From the IMG/VR virus record IMGVR_UViG_3300044701_002726: a stretch of 64,000 bases of DNA; one strand, written 5' to 3'. The first letter of the stretch is position 1. Each line of letters opens with the position of its first letter. The position numbers and the translations under genes are program-made. Below are positions 18,811 through 29,152 of the stretch, one piece after another. Under the pieces are notes generated by a model, which saw only the letters and a program-made list of their open reading frames with translations, searched no databases and had not been told where the DNA came from. The DNA comes from an uncultured virus (IMG/VR IMGVR_UViG_3300044701_002726). Lineage: Duplodnaviria > Heunggongvirae > Uroviricota > Caudoviricetes.

Positions 18811-19209
18811 TTAAGGCATACGATCAAGGTCTCTGTGTAAACGACCTTGCATCTTATCCATTGCTTTTCCAAAACCAGCTAAATGTTTTTGTTTCTTTGC
18901 ACCTTGTGGCATTGTTCTAGTTTTGTCAACTACTTTTCCAGCATAAGATTTTAAAGTTTCATTTGAAAGTTCATCAATCTGTTCTACTTCTTCTTGAGTA
19001 ACAGTCTCTTCATCTTCAATAGGAGTATCAGCAGTATCTTGTACTTCTACTTTTTCTTGACCGTTGTTGAATAATGTTGATGCAATTTCTTTTTTAAATG
19101 CATCTAATGATTCAAATGCTTTTGTTGAAAGAGCATTATTAATTGATTCTTTAGCTGCAACATTGTCTCCTGCTGCTAACTGTTCAATAAAATCTTTAAT
19201 TTGAGACAT
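18811..19209 (-). CDS. prohead core protein (gp67-like)
   Basis: Acidic, directly after the portal gene; IDELS.ETL.SY motif. Confidence 0.55.
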   Translation of the reverse strand: MSQIKDFIEQLAAGDNVAAKESINNALSTKAFESLDAFKKEIASTLFNNGQEKVEVQDTADTPIEDEETVTQEEVEQIDELSNETLKSYAGKVVDKTRTMPQGAKKQKHLAGFGKAMDKMQGRLHRDLDRMP

Positions 19210-19225
19210 GTTAAACTCCTTTAAA

Positions 19226-20875
19226 TTATTTTCTATTTATATTAGTATACTTGTCAACTTGAGCATCTAATTCTGGTGTCATAGATTCTTGTTGTTGATC
19301 TTGTTCTGTTACATTATCTACTGGTGGTTGAGGTATCATACCACCATTTTGTTGTTGTTGCATTTGTTCATATTGTTCAGCAGAGCCATCTTCTTGTATT
19401 TCTTTTTCCATCTCATCAACTTCTTCTTGTGTCATACGAAGAACATTCTTTTTAATCCATGTTTGTGAAAAATATTTACCAACAAATGGTTCTAACATGG
19501 TAAGTGTCTGTACTCTTTCACGAAGAAGTTCTGCTTCTCTTAATTCTGTAAAATTATTATCTTTCTTGAAGTCATAATAAATGTCTTCTTTAAATTTTTC
19601 CCATTCTTCTTTAGTACAAATGCCTTTTAAAACTAATTGTGTTTTTAAAGCATTATCAAAAATCTGTGAGAACTTATTACGAAGTCTATTGATAAATTTG
19701 GCAAATTTTAATTCATCTCTAGTTACTTCTGTTGATCTGCCAAGTGATGCAAAACCACCACCTTGTGTTTGATCCATTCTAGAATAAGGTACATTTAAAG
19801 ACTGCAATAATTTTTTACGGAAGTAATCTACATCTTCTATTTGGCCAAGATTTTGTCCTGCTGGAAGTGTAGTAATCTCTGTACCTTTACCACCTTCTCT
19901 TCGTGGCAACCAAAAGTCTTCAAGCATTGACATGTGTTTACGATCATCACGCAACTCACCAGTGTTGGCATCATATACCATCTTGTTACGATATTTGATC
20001 ATAATATCACGAAGGTACTGTTCTGCTTTACCTTTTGGTAAATTACCTACATCAATATAGAATACACGGCGTTCTGGTGCTCTTGAAAGTCTGTAGATTA
20101 CAACTGCATCTTCAATCATTCGTAACTGATTGAGTGGTTTAATAGCCTTGTGCAAATAAGAAATAACAAAAGTATTCTTTGCATCCATCAACCCAGAGTT
20201 CACATTAATAATTGAATCTGGTGCAATTCTTACACCAGCATTTACTTGTGCGGTATAAGTTTGTGTTGTTGTACCACGATCATTGTATACATAGTATTCT
20301 GCTATAGATTTAATTACCATAGCACCAGTTTTAGGATCTTTTTCTTTTTGAATCTCACGAACTTTTCTGATCTTTCGTGGATCAATATATCTTAATTCTT
20401 GTATGCCTTCTTTTGGATTAGTATCATCAACTAGAACATGATAGTATATTCTACCGTCAATGTACCATCTCTTGAAAAGATCATCTGCCAAATTATTGAA
20501 ATTTAAAAGAGTTAAAATATTTTCAAACTCTTCTTCAATTTTCTTTTTAATTGTCTGTGGTTGTTTTAGTTTGTCCATGTTAATAGACACAACTTCACCT
20601 GATTCATCATGTGTTATAGATTCATTTACAATATCATCAATGGCCTGTTCCAATTCTGGATGATTTGCCATCTCACGATAACGAGTGATCAATTCTAATT
20701 CATTACGAACTGCGCCTTCTAAATCTACATATGTGCCATAGTAAGCATTTTGAGTGATAGTAACTGCACCATCATCAAGTGCAGATGTTGGAAGTGCAAA
20801 AGTTTTTTGCTCAGGTGGTTGTTCCTGAACAACATCTTTTTTGCCTATATTGAAACCAAAAAGCCGAATTGCCAT
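19226..20875 (-). CDS. gp20: portal vertex protein
   Basis: WYIDGR, RAPERRVFYIDVGNLPK, EDFWLPRREGGKGTEI; true start probably MAIRLFG at 20875. Confidence 0.97.
   Translation of the reverse strand: MAIRLFGFNIGKKDVVQEQPPEQKTFALPTSALDDGAVTITQNAYYGTYVDLEGAVRNELELITRYREMANHPELEQAIDDIVNESITHDESGEVVSINMDKLKQPQTIKKKIEEEFENILTLLNFNNLADDLFKRWYIDGRIYYHVLVDDTNPKEGIQELRYIDPRKIRKVREIQKEKDPKTGAMVIKSIAEYYVYNDRGTTTQTYTAQVNAGVRIAPDSIINVNSGLMDAKNTFVISYLHKAIKPLNQLRMIEDAVVIYRLSRAPERRVFYIDVGNLPKGKAEQYLRDIMIKYRNKMVYDANTGELRDDRKHMSMLEDFWLPRREGGKGTEITTLPAGQNLGQIEDVDYFRKKLLQSLNVPYSRMDQTQGGGFASLGRSTEVTRDELKFAKFINRLRNKFSQIFDNALKTQLVLKGICTKEEWEKFKEDIYYDFKKDNNFTELREAELLRERVQTLTMLEPFVGKYFSQTWIKKNVLRMTQEEVDEMEKEIQEDGSAEQYEQMQQQQNGGMIPQPPVDNVTEQDQQQESMTPELDAQVDKYTNINRK
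19234..19241 (-). promoter_or_regulatory. T4-type late promoter
   Basis: TATAAATA inside the 3' end of gp20. Confidence 0.7.
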
Positions 20876-21519
20876 CAGATGTATCTCCATTCTTTATTAT
20901 TTTGCAATCTACACCATATCATCATATATGTATAACCTTCAATTTGGCGTGAGGCTTCACTAATACTACCAAAAATACCAAATGGAGTTTCTATTTTTTT
21001 AGAATTATTGTTTTTACTACCAGATTGATTTACATGAGGTCTTTTACCACGCATTTTTTGTTTGTGTTCTTCTGTTTTAAGAACACCTGTTAATTTTTCT
21101 TTTGCGGCTTGTGCAGCTAAAGGTTGAGTCCAAAATCTAATATCATCTAAATGTTTTTTAACTTTTTGTTTGACTTCTGTTTTTTTATGGATTTGTTCCA
21201 TTAATTTACCATGTTTTTCTTTATCAATAACAGTATGTCCACCTTGTCCTTCTTCATCACATAAATTTGCCCATTCTTTAGATTGTGTAACATTAAATTT
21301 TAAAGAATATTTTTTGGCAATTTCACGAAATTCTTTTTCATTTTCAGTTACAAAAAGACAAGTGGTTTTAACATTATTACCATGTTGCTTTAAATGTCTT
21401 TTCCAATATATTCCAGAACCAGTATATTTTTCACATTCAGAAAATGAAGATGCAACATGTTTACACAAGTATTTCATACCTGTATCTACATGTTCTTTGA
21501 CTAGTAAATATAATGCCAT
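20875..21519 (-). mobile_element. free-standing GIY-YIG-like homing endonuclease gene
   Basis: LYLLVKEH..TGMKYLCK..YTGSGIYWKRHL; NUMOD3-like KTEEHKQKM; C-terminal FGSISEASR; interrupts the gp19-gp20 adjacency. Confidence 0.75.
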
Positions 21520-21538
21520 ACGGTGTCTTTCATCCTAT

Positions 21539-21573
21539 AAAAAAATAATAGGTGGGGTTACCCCCACCTATTA
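21539..21573 (-). terminator. intrinsic terminator after gp19
   Basis: 12-bp stem TAATAGGTGGGG/CCCCACCTATTA, GTAA loop, T-run. Confidence 0.85.
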
Positions 21574-22116
21574 CACTACACCAGTCTCTACAGATTCCCA
21601 CCACTGATAAGACAGAGTTACAGAGAACTCTTCAATTGTATCATTTGCACCCCAATCAACATCAATTGGAGTGATATCTGATGGGAATAGACCTATAAAT
21701 TTATACTTCTTCAGAACATTACCAGCTTTACCAAACTGAGTAACATCTCCATCAACACTATAACCTAATGGTGTTAATGCAATTGGACTTCTTACATTAG
21801 TACTATGAGTATTTAGGGCGTTCATCCATCTTTCAAAAGCGTTACGAATGATAAAATCTTCGTCGTTAATAATTGTAATTGTCCAATCTACAAATGATCT
21901 ATTACCTACAAACTTTAATTCTCTACCAAAGTATTGAACTGGCACAACACCAAGAGTTGATCCTGGTAGTTGTGCTGTCTTACACATGAATGTTAGTTTT
22001 TGTTGTGCGTTTCCTGGTAGTGAGAATACAGGAAACGGCATGGATACTTCAAATAGATTGGGACGGGCTCCGTCTCCAGTCATTTGTGATCTAAATTCGT
22101 TTACTGAAAATGCCAT
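21571..22116 (-). CDS. gp19: tail tube protein
   Basis: GARPNLFEV, CKTAQLPGS, WTITIINDEDF, IEEFSVT. Confidence 0.95.
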   Translation of the reverse strand: MAFSVNEFRSQMTGDGARPNLFEVSMPFPVFSLPGNAQQKLTFMCKTAQLPGSTLGVVPVQYFGRELKFVGNRSFVDWTITIINDEDFIIRNAFERWMNALNTHSTNVRSPIALTPLGYSVDGDVTQFGKAGNVLKKYKFIGLFPSDITPIDVDWGANDTIEEFSVTLSYQWWESVETGVV

Positions 22117-22142
22117 TTAATTATCTCCTGTTTTTCTATTTA

Positions 22143-24068
22143 TTAACCAAAACGACCAACTATTTCTTCAAATCTTACTCCAGTTCTTACTGCAATAAAG
22201 TTAAGTTGAATAAAGTTGATTGAACGAGCAGGTTTAATGTAAATGTCGCCAATAAATTCATTGCGATCAATTACTTCGGCTGTATTATTTGTTTCATCGC
22301 ATACAACTCTGAAGTCACTAATACCACGACGTCCTTGAACATCACGAAGATATGGTTCAACTAAGTTTACAAATTGTGCTCTTGTGAATTGATCATTAAA
22401 TTCAAACAATGAAGAACGAGCAGCTCTTGCAATTGCTTTTTCAAGTACAATAAAGAGTCTACGAACATTGATACGATCAAATGCACTTGGTCTGGCAAGA
22501 AGAGTTTTGTCTCCAAATAACATTGTGCCTTCGCCTGGGAAACTAACTACAGGATTAATACCTTTGACATATAGATCATCTCTTTCAGCCTTAGTTGGAT
22601 TCCAAGAAAGTTTAATGATATTTTTAATTATGCCTCTATTTGAACCTGCAGGTGAATACCAAGGATCTCTTTCTAAATCTGTTCTTGCACACAGACCTGC
22701 AATGTCAGCATTAAGTGGAACCCAACGATAAGTATCATTGTACTTGTCGTACTGATATTTCCAACCAGAATCCATCACTGCAAATGAAGAAGATTTGTTT
22801 AATGTTGTATTACGATATAATAATACATCAGTTGATTCTGATCCGTAATTATCTACAACATCAGCTTTTAATGGTGATATAAATGCAACACAATCTTTGC
22901 GATCTTCTGCAATATCAATAATCTGAGATGCGACAGTATTTCCAGCAGGACCAGCAATAATTAAAGATATGTCTACAGAGTCAGGATTGGAAACTTGTGA
23001 GTATGAATTTGCTATATAACTTTCATTTACATCTCCATCTGCACCACCTCTAAGTGAAACTGTAATTGCATCTTCTAACAAATTAAAATCTGTTGTGGCA
23101 TTTTCACCCCAATTTGTTGTAGATAATGGGTGCGATAACCACCAAACATATTTTGAACGATTATTTAAAACATCTTTGTAATAATTTGAAGTTCCATCTG
23201 GGTTTTTAGCATCAGCTGCTTTAGATACAAACGCAAATCTTTCTAGTACAGCATTTGCTGTTCCACTAAATGAACCTCCTGTATCAACTACTACAATATG
23301 TAATTCATCGTTAGCACCACTTAAATTTGAAACATAATCTGATGTAGCTGGTTCATCTGTGAATAAAGATGCATATGCCCAACCAGTAAATGTGTTTGAA
23401 TCTGCCATCTCTATAGTAATAGAATTTCCCAAAACACCTGGATATTTTGCGGCAAATTCACCATAAGTATTTGCGCCAGATGTATGATTTAATTGATAAT
23501 CAATTTCATTTTCAATTTGTATATTATCGAATTCTAAATCAATAAGGCCTCCTACACCATTTGCACCTAAAGCAGCAGTTAAAGTAGCAGCATTTATTGT
23601 AGGTAATTCAAAAAATGAACCGCCTTGTATAACAGTAGCTGTATTAATAGTACCATTTGCATCAGTTGTAATTCTTATTGCTGCATTAGATTCTCCTTCA
23701 CCACCTACTATTGTTATAATTGTATTGACATTAACTTCATAATCTATGCCATTAACTTGAATAATTGTATTACCAATTGGATTTTTTGAAGTTGAATTAT
23801 AAGAATCTGATGCGACTGAACGAACTACTTTGAGATTGTTTGAGTATGCTAGAAAATTTGCGGCTGAAAACCAGTATTCATAATTATCATTTGTAGGTTT
23901 ACCAAATCTTTCGACTAAACGAATCTCGTCAGAAATAGTAACTACTTCATTAGCTGGACCCCAAGCAAACTTCCCGGCAAATGCGCCAATAGAACTGGCA
24001 ATTGAAGGCACAACTGTACTCAGATCAATTTCTGATACATTTACGCCAGCTGATAATTGAAATGCCAT
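22143..24068 (-). CDS. gp18: tail sheath protein
   Basis: GVNVSEIDL, FAWGP, FDRINVRRLF, IKPARSINFI. Confidence 0.97.
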   Translation of the reverse strand: MAFQLSAGVNVSEIDLSTVVPSIASSIGAFAGKFAWGPANEVVTISDEIRLVERFGKPTNDNYEYWFSAANFLAYSNNLKVVRSVASDSYNSTSKNPIGNTIIQVNGIDYEVNVNTIITIVGGEGESNAAIRITTDANGTINTATVIQGGSFFELPTINAATLTAALGANGVGGLIDLEFDNIQIENEIDYQLNHTSGANTYGEFAAKYPGVLGNSITIEMADSNTFTGWAYASLFTDEPATSDYVSNLSGANDELHIVVVDTGGSFSGTANAVLERFAFVSKAADAKNPDGTSNYYKDVLNNRSKYVWWLSHPLSTTNWGENATTDFNLLEDAITVSLRGGADGDVNESYIANSYSQVSNPDSVDISLIIAGPAGNTVASQIIDIAEDRKDCVAFISPLKADVVDNYGSESTDVLLYRNTTLNKSSSFAVMDSGWKYQYDKYNDTYRWVPLNADIAGLCARTDLERDPWYSPAGSNRGIIKNIIKLSWNPTKAERDDLYVKGINPVVSFPGEGTMLFGDKTLLARPSAFDRINVRRLFIVLEKAIARAARSSLFEFNDQFTRAQFVNLVEPYLRDVQGRRGISDFRVVCDETNNTAEVIDRNEFIGDIYIKPARSINFIQLNFIAVRTGVRFEEIVGRFG

Positions 24069-24122
24069 GGATTTCTCCTTATATTGTTTGGATCAATTTT
24101 CTTTATTGTGTATTTAGTGTTT

Positions 24123-25817
24123 TTACAATCTAGACGATAAATACCCTGGAGGCAAAGCAGTTTTCTCTTCTGCCATATTGTAATTGCCCCAAACATCTCC
24201 ACCTTCTACAATCAACTCTTCTTGTTGTCCATCATTTAAAAATCCTATAGGTAACATCTCTTCTTCGATCTGTTTAATTTTTTCTTCATAGATTGCTTGT
24301 CTTAAATTAACATCAGTTATTTCTTTAAAGTATGGATTAGTAGTTAACCATCCAAAAAGAACTAGACACATAACTAAATCGTCATGATATCCTTCGTCGG
24401 CCTCATATGAATCTCGTTTTTCAATAAAAGTTGACATCTCTGATATAACATCAGAGTCAAAAACTAATAGTTTTTTCTCTTCAATTAAAGACTTGAAGTT
24501 AAAACATCCTATACGTTTTATCTTTCTGTCTGTATGAACTCCAAGTCTTGTCTTACCTGAACCACCAAAACCACCAGTTATTTGTTGCCCTCTTGAAGTT
24601 TTTGATACAAAGAATATATTTTCATACTCATATTCTGTATATAAAATGTGTGCAACTTGTTCAGACATATTTACTTCAAGTAAAACATAAGCTTGATTAT
24701 ATTGAGATGCAACTTTATAAATGACAGATGGATATACGAGTGGAGCTATACTATTGTTTCTATATTTGGCAACTAATTTATATGGTATTTCTGTAACATC
24801 TATCACAACAAATGCAGAATAATCTCCACCTACTCCTTGTGCAGTATCAACAACAAGAACATATGATCTAGGTTTAACTAAAACTTTACCGTGTTGATCT
24901 TTTTGACCTACGACAGGATACTCATATACATCTAGGCCATCATCTTGTAATATTGGAGTGTTATACGACATTTGTTCAATTGCATCTGCACGAATAAGTG
25001 TAAGTGCAGAACCAAGAAACTTACATAAAACTTCTTGATTATATTTTACTTCTCCAAGAACACCTCGTTGTTCTGCTGCCCATTTATCATCACGACCTGG
25101 TATTTCCCAATATGGAATGAACAAAGGTACAAAACCATTTCTGCCATTTTCTGCATCATTCCAAAACTTCCAAAAGTGATTATAACCAAGAGGTGTAGAA
25201 GTAATTAGAATTTTTGTTGTCTTACCAGCAGAAACTACAGGGTAAACAGAAGTAAAGAACTGGTCTGCAATATTGTTTGGAATGATTGCAGCCTCGTCAA
25301 TATACAGAAGGTTGACTGACTTGGAACGAATACCTGCCGCAGTAGTTGCAGCAGTAAATACTTTAGAACCATTCTCTAGTTCTATGTCTCCTTTGTTCCA
25401 TGTCTTAATACCTTGTTGCATCCATATAGGTAAATTCTCGTACATCAACTGATAACGAGAAAGAATCTCTCTGGCTGTCTTGTCTTTGTTTGCTAGAATC
25501 GCAACATTCTTATCTGCTTGAAACAAAGTATACCATAAAATGTATGCGGCAGATGTTGTAGTTTTTCCTGCCTGACGAGATTCCATAATGATAACTCGAC
25601 GGTTATCATGAATGGTTTGTATTTTTTTCTTTTGACAATCGTAGAGTTTGAACTGTTGTATACCGTGATCAAGTGTAACGATGTAACAGTAGTTATCAAT
25701 AAAGTAAATAGGATCTTCAGAACACTTTTGGTATTCTATAATTTGTTCTTCACTAAATGATATTGGAATACCAACTTTTTTAAGGTTGGCATTTCCTAAG
25801 TAACTTGTATCAGACAT
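24123..25817 (-). CDS. gp17: terminase large subunit
   Basis: SRQAGKTT, LYIDEAA, STPLG.NHF, HDDLVM; no intein apparent. Confidence 0.97.
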   Translation of the reverse strand: MSDTSYLGNANLKKVGIPISFSEEQIIEYQKCSEDPIYFIDNYCYIVTLDHGIQQFKLYDCQKKKIQTIHDNRRVIIMESRQAGKTTTSAAYILWYTLFQADKNVAILANKDKTAREILSRYQLMYENLPIWMQQGIKTWNKGDIELENGSKVFTAATTAAGIRSKSVNLLYIDEAAIIPNNIADQFFTSVYPVVSAGKTTKILITSTPLGYNHFWKFWNDAENGRNGFVPLFIPYWEIPGRDDKWAAEQRGVLGEVKYNQEVLCKFLGSALTLIRADAIEQMSYNTPILQDDGLDVYEYPVVGQKDQHGKVLVKPRSYVLVVDTAQGVGGDYSAFVVIDVTEIPYKLVAKYRNNSIAPLVYPSVIYKVASQYNQAYVLLEVNMSEQVAHILYTEYEYENIFFVSKTSRGQQITGGFGGSGKTRLGVHTDRKIKRIGCFNFKSLIEEKKLLVFDSDVISEMSTFIEKRDSYEADEGYHDDLVMCLVLFGWLTTNPYFKEITDVNLRQAIYEEKIKQIEEEMLPIGFLNDGQQEELIVEGGDVWGNYNMAEEKTALPPGYLSSRL

Positions 25818-26218
25818 TATTTCTTAAGTAGTTTCATTAACTCTGCTGTAGAACCAACAAATAAAGCTTTCTCAACATTTACATCTCCAGCTTTGTTTTG
25901 TGATGTTACCATCAAATCTTTTTTGCGTTTCTGTATCTCTAACAAGTCTTTATTTAGATCAGACATATTCTTAATCAAAGTTGCCATAACTTCATATGCA
26001 CGAGGATGTTGACTGTCACGGGCAACAACTGCCAATTCATCTACAGCCTTACTTCCTTTTTGAAGTAACTCTTTAATATTTTGTCTTGCGATCTCTGTGT
26101 CTGACTCTATAGGATTAGAAGACGCAATTGGAACAATTTCTTTTTGTGGTTCTTGAACTTCTAAAGGAATAGGTTCTACATCAAATATTTCAGAAAGTTT
26201 TTCATTTATTTTTTTCAT
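25817..26218 (-). CDS. gp16: terminase small subunit
   Basis: HPRAYEV, ALFVGSTAEL. Confidence 0.9.
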   Translation of the reverse strand: MKKINEKLSEIFDVEPIPLEVQEPQKEIVPIASSNPIESDTEIARQNIKELLQKGSKAVDELAVVARDSQHPRAYEVMATLIKNMSDLNKDLLEIQKRKKDLMVTSQNKAGDVNVEKALFVGSTAELMKLLKK

Positions 26219-27351
26219 ACTGATCCATAATTAGCAATAGCAGTTTTAAAATCTTCAAAAGTTGATGTATTAGCAACTAATGACTTTAAATCTGTTAGTG
26301 ATATTGAAACTTCAGCATTTGCAACAATTAAGTACCAAATGTTTTCTTCTATTTTAATCAATCGAGCAAAACTTCTGGCAGGTATAAACCATGATGCTCT
26401 TGCTTCTCCAAATCCAACACCATAAATTTGAGCTTCAACTTCTTCGATATGCTGAACTCTTTCAACTGTTATTCCAATACTTTCAGTTATAATTCCAACT
26501 TCTGAACCTATTGGAAAATTTAAGTCACTGTCTCTTGGTACTGATATTGTCATATCATAACCACGAAGAATTCTCTTAGCATCAATTGATCTTATTGTAT
26601 AGTTATCATTATCAAGCCAAACAACAGGCCAATCTAATGGAATTGATGCAGTGATTTGATTTGTGCCATCTTCAAAAACAACACCAACTTCAGTAGAGGT
26701 ATCAATTAACTCTCTTGTGTAGGCAAAAGAACCATTTGCACCTCCAACACCACCTAAATCCCATTGTGTAAATTTTACTTTATAATACTTATCATTTGTA
26801 ATATCGTGCATAACCAATTCTGCACCAACAATGTTACTTCCTACTTTTTTTCTTAATGCTTCTGTAAAAGTTCTATAATGTCTAAATTTAACATTGTCGA
26901 GATTGTTCCAACCAGACCAATTCCATTCTGTATTTGCTGGACTTACATCTCTATTAAAACTAACTTCTACGGCAGAGTTATAAATTCCTTGTCCGTTGTT
27001 TGCTCTTGCAAGAGAAAGACCAGTATCTATAACATCAGAAATATCTGTATTTGCTGCTCGTGTAAAAGTAATTACATTAGATGTAGGTTCATGTCTTTCC
27101 GTAAGTTCTATATGTGTGTATATTACTGTATTTGCAGCTGCTTGAGCTGTTGTATATGCTAAATTTGCTTTTTCTCGAGCTACAGGATCTACTTGCGTAT
27201 CTGAAACAATACTATTGGCATAATTATAAGATGCTTGTGCAATATTATAAACTTCAGTAAAATTATCATTTACTTTAATAAATGCTGTACGCAGAGGATC
27301 ACCTGTACCAGTATTTGGCCCTGTGCCTATGTTAATTGTTTGTTTTGCCAT
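26215..27351 (-). CDS. virion fibre/appendage protein with gp9/gp10-like N-terminal domain
   Basis: MAKQTINIGTGPNTGTGDPLRTAFIKVNDNFTEVY resembles the T4 gp10 N-terminus. Confidence 0.65.
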   Translation of the reverse strand: MAKQTINIGTGPNTGTGDPLRTAFIKVNDNFTEVYNIAQASYNYANSIVSDTQVDPVAREKANLAYTTAQAAANTVIYTHIELTERHEPTSNVITFTRAANTDISDVIDTGLSLARANNGQGIYNSAVEVSFNRDVSPANTEWNWSGWNNLDNVKFRHYRTFTEALRKKVGSNIVGAELVMHDITNDKYYKVKFTQWDLGGVGGANGSFAYTRELIDTSTEVGVVFEDGTNQITASIPLDWPVVWLDNDNYTIRSIDAKRILRGYDMTISVPRDSDLNFPIGSEVGIITESIGITVERVQHIEEVEAQIYGVGFGEARASWFIPARSFARLIKIEENIWYLIVANAEVSISLTDLKSLVANTSTFEDFKTAIANYGSV

Positions 27352-28247
27352 TATTGTTTATCCGTAGTTATAATAATTGAATCTGTAGAAAAAATTGTAG
27401 AATCTGTTGTAAATAAAGAAATAATATTATTTGAATATTGTTGAGCATTAAAATATTCAGTTATTGTTTCAGTAAAACCAAATCCATCATCTGGTTCAGC
27501 ATCTAATGGATTAGCTTGAACTTCAACTTTTGCAGTTTTAGTATTCAAAGTAGGATCAACATATACATTACCTATAACTCCACCAAATCCGCCTGTACCA
27601 TCTGGCCCACCAACATCACTATATTGACCAATTAAACCACCACCAATTTTAACTGGTGGCCATATATATCCTTTTGCTGTAAATGAAAGATCCCAAATAA
27701 TAAGTCTTGTTGTTGACATATCACCTTCATAATCAACATTTGATGTTACAGAATTCAATATGATTGGCATATCATATTTTTGTTCAAATGCATTTATAAA
27801 ATCGACTGTTACAGTAAAATCTGGTGTGAAAAATGGAAGTATTTGTTCAAGTATTTGTGTACCGTCTTCTGTGTGTCTAACAAATATAGACAAAGAAAAT
27901 TCAAAATTATATGGTACAGGAACAAACTGTGTACTTAAACCACTCTCAGAATTATATGCAAAATTTTGTAAAAGACTTTGTTGTTTTCTAGATATGTCAT
28001 ATGATAGACTGTCAAGATTAAAAGACATTCTTGGCACTACTGTGTTTACAGATTTTGTTAAATTTGGATCAGAAATTATTCTTGTTAAATATTTTTCTTT
28101 AGCACCATAAGATAATGGTACAGTCATTTTCAATTGTGGTTGATTTGCTTTATTAAAACGAATGATTTCTAAATCATTAAAAAGTGTGCCAAATGCTACA
28201 ACAACTTTTCTTATAGTTCGATTATAAAAATGTGGGTTACCTAACAT
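27351..28247 (-). CDS. gp15: tail sheath stabiliser / terminator
   Basis: FYNRTIRKVVVAFGTLFN, QILEQILPFFTP. Confidence 0.93.
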   Translation of the reverse strand: MLGNPHFYNRTIRKVVVAFGTLFNDLEIIRFNKANQPQLKMTVPLSYGAKEKYLTRIISDPNLTKSVNTVVPRMSFNLDSLSYDISRKQQSLLQNFAYNSESGLSTQFVPVPYNFEFSLSIFVRHTEDGTQILEQILPFFTPDFTVTVDFINAFEQKYDMPIILNSVTSNVDYEGDMSTTRLIIWDLSFTAKGYIWPPVKIGGGLIGQYSDVGGPDGTGGFGGVIGNVYVDPTLNTKTAKVEVQANPLDAEPDDGFGFTETITEYFNAQQYSNNIISLFTTDSTIFSTDSIIITTDKQ

Positions 28248-29149
28248 TAACCTTCTCCAAATGGATTTTTCTCAGACCAATCTAAAATTTCATCACTCTC
28301 AGTTTGTATACGATTGTTGTCTATAATATCTTCAAATGCATTATCTAAAGTAGCAAAGTCTGAAATTATATTTGAAGTGTAAATTGAACCAGAAGTATTG
28401 CCAATTAAACTACCTGATCCAAAAGTACCGTTTACTCTATAAAGTTCAACAAATTTATTTGGGCCATTTGTTACAGAACTATAAACTAAAGCTTGTGCTG
28501 TTGCATTTGCTAAATCTGTTCCTTGGTAAACAATTTCATCATTTATATATTGACCAGAACCGCTTGATAATGTAATTTTTGTTCTTGCATAACTATCTCT
28601 AATTTGACTATCAATTTCTTCTATGCCAGTTTCTACAATTTCATTAGAGAAAACAAATTGTTTTAATTTAAGAGCATAAACATATACATTACCACCACGA
28701 CCTCTACCTAAAGTATAGAACATAGCCTGATCATTTTCATGTTCTACAAATGTAATCTCAAAAAAATTCTCTACTAAAGGTATGTAAACTAAATCGCCTT
28801 CTCTTGGTCGTATTAGATTAGACCCTGCTGTAGAAAATTTAAATCTTCTTCTAGATACTAATAATTGAACTTCATCACGAATCTCTAAACCAAATTTAGA
28901 AATAAAATCACCTTCACCATCCATGCCAGAGACATTCTCTAGATACATTTCGATTGAATGAGCTCTAGTAAATTGTTTTAGTGGTTCATCTCCAAACAAA
29001 TAATCTGTCTCTGATTCATTAGATTTAGGTAAATAATATACATCCATTCCATGTATCTGCATGGCCTCAATTACAAGGTCTTCAACAAGAAGTTGCTCTT
29101 GTGTTATTTGATTTGCAGGAAAATTATTGAAGTAAAAATTTGTTGCCAC
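28247..29149 (-). CDS. gp14: neck protein
   Basis: EQLLVEDLVIE, SKFGLEIRDE, RPREGDLVY, EKNPFG; GTG start. Confidence 0.93.
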   Translation of the reverse strand: MATNFYFNNFPANQITQEQLLVEDLVIEAMQIHGMDVYYLPKSNESETDYLFGDEPLKQFTRAHSIEMYLENVSGMDGEGDFISKFGLEIRDEVQLLVSRRRFKFSTAGSNLIRPREGDLVYIPLVENFFEITFVEHENDQAMFYTLGRGRGGNVYVYALKLKQFVFSNEIVETGIEEIDSQIRDSYARTKITLSSGSGQYINDEIVYQGTDLANATAQALVYSSVTNGPNKFVELYRVNGTFGSGSLIGNTSGSIYTSNIISDFATLDNAFEDIIDNNRIQTESDEILDWSEKNPFGEG

Positions 29150-29152
29150 AAT

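Noticed and set aside
20876..20890. MEIHL N-terminal extension of gp20
   Set aside because: It overlaps the endonuclease gene; MAIRLFG with SD and TGATG coupling is the more plausible start
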